The notes beneath the pieces were generated by a model. The model was given only the letters and a program-made list of their open reading frames with translations. It searched no databases and was not told the DNA's origin. 64,000 nucleotides of DNA from the NCBI RefSeq assembly GCF_001194135.2, contig NC_069007.1, forward strand, positions 11,792,483 to 11,856,482, written 5' to 3'. A program made the position numbers and the translations under genes. This document shows positions 60,590 to 64,000 of the stretch, piece after piece; positions within the stretch are counted from its first letter, which is position 1; every line of letters begins with the position of its first letter. Source of the DNA: Octopus bimaculoides. Lineage: Eukaryota.

Positions 60590-61335
60590 GTGTGTTTGTA
60601 TGTCTGCATGTATGTATGTATGTGTCTTTGTGTTTTCCCCAACACTAATTGACAACTGGTGTTGATTTGTTTACATCCCCATAACTTGGCAATTTGACCA
60701 AAAGAGGCTGATAGAACAAGTAGTGGTCTTAGAGAAAGAAGTACTGCATTCAGTTTGTTTGACCACGCCCTTCAAGGCAGTGCCACAGCATGGCTACAGT
60801 CTAATGTCTGAAACAAGTAAAAGATAAAAGACTGTACCACTGAAAGGAATCTTTACTATTGCTGCTGTTGTTGTTATTATCTGTGATCTCCAATAATGAT
60901 GTCAGGTCACCTTGCTGTTATCTCTCTCCATGATGTGGTTTCTCAACATGTCAGAGGGTATATTACTCCACTTTTATTTCCTGCACATGTTCATATCATT
61001 TATTTGAGGCTGGTGTCCTGATAACACTTTCTGAATTGCCAATTTAAATGGTCAGAACCATGTTTGTGTTTAACAAATTTAATACAATCAGCATCAAAAA
61101 GTTAATGAGAAATAAATATGCAGCAGATAAAATAAATGATATCGATATCTAACATGTGTATGTGAGAATGACTGGTTTCTATTTAGCTTCTGTTTATCAG
61201 TTCCGCTTTCAAAGTATTAGTCATTCTGAAGCTATAATAAAAGACCTTACCCCAGCTGCCACACATCAGGAATGAACCTAGAAACCAACGGTCGTGAAGT
61301 GAATCCCCTGGACCACACAGCCATGCCTACATCTA
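60590..61335. mobile_element. Family A SINE fragments: 3' half 60590-60830 (+) and 5' half 61170-61335 (-)
   Basis: CCCCATAACTT..CAGCATGGCTACAGTC..GAAACAAGTAAAAGA; and CCACACAGCCATGCC head in reverse. Confidence 0.65.
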
Positions 61336-61799
61336 ATGTGTCAGCTACATAAAAACATTAGATGAATATTTTCAGTATTTTCGCATTTCATTTCATAGAT
61401 TTTTTTTGGTCAACAACGACCAATGCCGGGTTTCATGGAATTTGGTTTAGAATCTAAAAATACAATTAAATGGAACAGAAATATTAAAAGAATTTAAATT
61501 GTAATTTAAAAATACCAATAATTCCATGCTGTCTCAGACATTGTGATTTTCTTAATTTTTTTAGCTCCATTATTGGTTCTAGTAGTTGTTGTTGTTGTTG
61601 TTGTGGTTATCATACTCCCAGGTCATCTCTGATTGAACAGAAATAGGATCGATGGTATTCCAACCATAGCCATCCAGTCTTTTTGCGTATCACGTATTGC
61701 ATTTTTATATGCATCCAGCATCTTTTGAAATGGTTGGTTATGGTTTGAAGGAGGTTAATTTAGTTGTTATTTCTAACAAGTCAACCATTTCCTTCAGCC

Positions 61800-62760
61800 G
61801 CATCTTCACCATCACCATCATCATCATCATCAGCACCACCATCATCGTCATCATTATCATCATCATCATTGTCAATGTTATAATTTTCATTACTTTTGTC
61901 ATCATCATCATCATCATCGTCATCAGCATCACCACCACCATCATCATCAATGCTTGCCTGATTACTATCCCCTTCGATCTTTCCACCACCACTACCATCA
62001 CCATCATTATTATCCTCATCACCATCACCACCATCACAGTCAATTTTATCTTTTTCACCATCAGATTTTTGTCATCACCATCATGCTCATCACCAACACG
62101 ATTCTCTGGATTTTTCTCGTCATCATCATCATTATCACTAACTCTTTCATTGTCATCACCATCACTGTCATCATCATCACTGTAACCATCACTCCAATAA
62201 TTACTGCCATCACCACCATCTACATTGTCGCTCTACTGCCACCACCATCATTACCATTAGCATTATGATCATTGCTACCACCCCCACCACCCCTTATATT
62301 ACCACCATCATCCCCTACATCACCACCATTACTCCCTACATCGCTGCCACTACCCCTTACGTCACCATCATTCCCTATGTCACCACCCTCATCCCCTACA
62401 TCACCAGCATCACTCCTACGTCGCTGCCACCACCACCCCTACAGTGACACCTCCATCCCTACATCATCACCACTACCTACATCACCACCACCACCCCTAC
62501 ATCGCTGCCACACTCCCTACGATACCACCACCACCCCTACATCGCTGCCACACTCCCTACGATACCACCACCACCACCATCCTNNNNNNNNNNCCACCAC
62601 CACCCCTACATCGCTGCCACACTCCCTACAATACCACCACCACCACCATCCTACTATCATCATCATTACCATCACCATCGCTACCATCATCATCATCATA
62701 TCACCACCATCACCATCATCACCATCTCCATCATCATCACTCTCATCTACAGCCATCAAC
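61800..62760. repeat. Compound (CAT/CAC)n low-complexity tract with 21-bp and 39-bp higher-order units
   Basis: ACCACCATCATCCCCTACATC-type units 62280-62420; CATCGCTGCCACACTCCCTACGATACCACCACCACCCCTA-type units 62490-62640. Confidence 0.9.
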
Positions 62761-62959
62761 ATGACCCTTCGTGACACACAGACCACAGTGTTCCTTTGAT
62801 ATAATTGTAATATTCACACTAAATCGGAAAAATCTAATTAAAACAAATTAATTTGAAAGGGGGATCTCTCTCCCCTATCTCTCTCTCTACCTTTCTCCCT
62901 CTCTACATTCAGAACCACATGGAGAGATAAAAATAAACACACACACGCACACACACACG

Positions 62960-63005
<46 letters not shown>

Positions 63006-63389
63006 CACATGGATGTATATACATGTACACATGCACACATAAACGCATAAAATATATATGCATGCACACATATGCAACACAAACAAACACATACACTTAT
63101 ATATACATGTTCATATACACATGCACATGCACACACATTACACATATGCATGTAGACACACATACACATAAATACATATATACACAAACATAAATATGCA
63201 TATACACAGATGAGTTTTAACATTTATATCAACACACAAATGTGAAGATATGCATTGCATTTATATATATATAAATATACACATACATATACATACATAT
63301 AGATAGATATAGGGTATGATGGGTATATTGTCACCATTTTATACCTTTAATTTCATGCATGCGCATTATTTGTTTTTGATTTTGTCGAC

Positions 63390-64000
63390 TACACAGTATG
63401 GGCACTTCTGTGAGAAAAACAGCACCATCACACAATTCATTCTGCTACAAATTTGGTAACGGCATACTATACTGCTTGGCATTCATGCTGAAAGCCCCAG
63501 TACAAACATTTCAGAGTGTTTGAGTGTCAATCTGAGGACATGTACTGAGAGTGATAAAAATCAAACATCCAGTCAACATCATGGTGCTTAGAGTGATCAC
63601 TAGTGAGGGTGACATTATGCCTCCATTCATCTTCCCACATGGCCTCAGGCTCAACACGGAGACCTAAATCAAGTGCCTGGAGGAGATAGTGCTCCCCTGG
63701 ATCAAGAGGGTGGCTGCTGGAAGACCCTGTGTCCTGGCAACAGGACTCTGCACCATGCCACACAAGCAGGAAAACCCAGTCATGGCTGTCAGACAATTTC
63801 TGTGACCACACCACCCCTAAAATCTGGCCACCTAACTCCCCAAACTGCACCCCTCTTGATTATTATGTGTGAAGTGCAGTTGAGCGAGAGACCAACAAAA
63901 CTCCTTGTAACACCAAAAATGAACTGAAGACAAGGATTATGGCAGCATTCACCAAGTTAAACAAGGAGACTGTCCAGAAGAGTTGCAGGAGATCCCAAAG
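63390..64000 (+). mobile_element. maT (DD37D) transposon derivative, internally deleted, running off the window
   Basis: LGIHAESPSTNISECLSVNLRT joined to IKHPVNIMVLRVITSEGDIMPPFIFP..QQDSAPCHTSRKTQSWLSDNFCDHTTPKIWPPNSPNCTPLDYY (37 residues between the Asps); stops and one frameshift. Confidence 0.9.

Larger units (their letters stand above)
4102..62593. other. 18 assembly gaps: 4102-4325, 7496-8064, 12523-12820, 15072-15257, 17177-17209, 19741-20506, 21912-21921, 25099-25108, 25882-26617, 28951-29882, 33400-34117, 35857-36269, 37871-37970, 43517-44072, 53968-54063, 56469-57347, 58786-58974, 62584-62593
   Basis: N runs read directly; nearly all abut microsatellites or tandem repeats. Confidence 0.95.

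Overview
Eukaryotic, AT-rich, repeat-saturated DNA with 18 assembly gaps (about 6.7 kb of N, mostly at (AT)n tracts). The repeat families and the density of (AT)n/(ATT)n/(CAT)n/(CA)n microsatellites look like an octopus (coleoid cephalopod) genome; this is inferred by recognition, not by a database search. No complete host gene is recognisable, and the window reads as a very long intron or intergenic DNA. Recognisable coding remnants are all transposon-derived: five Dong/R4-type REL non-LTR fragments, a Hero-like RT fragment, two RTE ORF2 fragments, a Penelope-like GIY-YIG end, a DD34D mariner, several maT/Tc1-type remnants (one DD37D) and a Helitron Rep fragment. Dozens of SINE copies from at least five families and TIR-bounded MITEs are also present. 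Best leads: (1) a textbook recursive-splice (ratchet) site with an 85-nt all-frame-stop RS-exon at 39676-39760; (2) a 57/60-identical inverted repeat enclosing a CpG-rich candidate exon at 53.5-54.4 kb; (3) a mucin-like 27-bp-repeat candidate exon; (4) a dispersed element carrying a variable 137-bp tandem array; (5) a telomeric-repeat patch inside a SINE; (6) minimal hammerhead-like motifs; (7) a twin-priming-like inversion. Coordinates of degenerate repeats are approximate.
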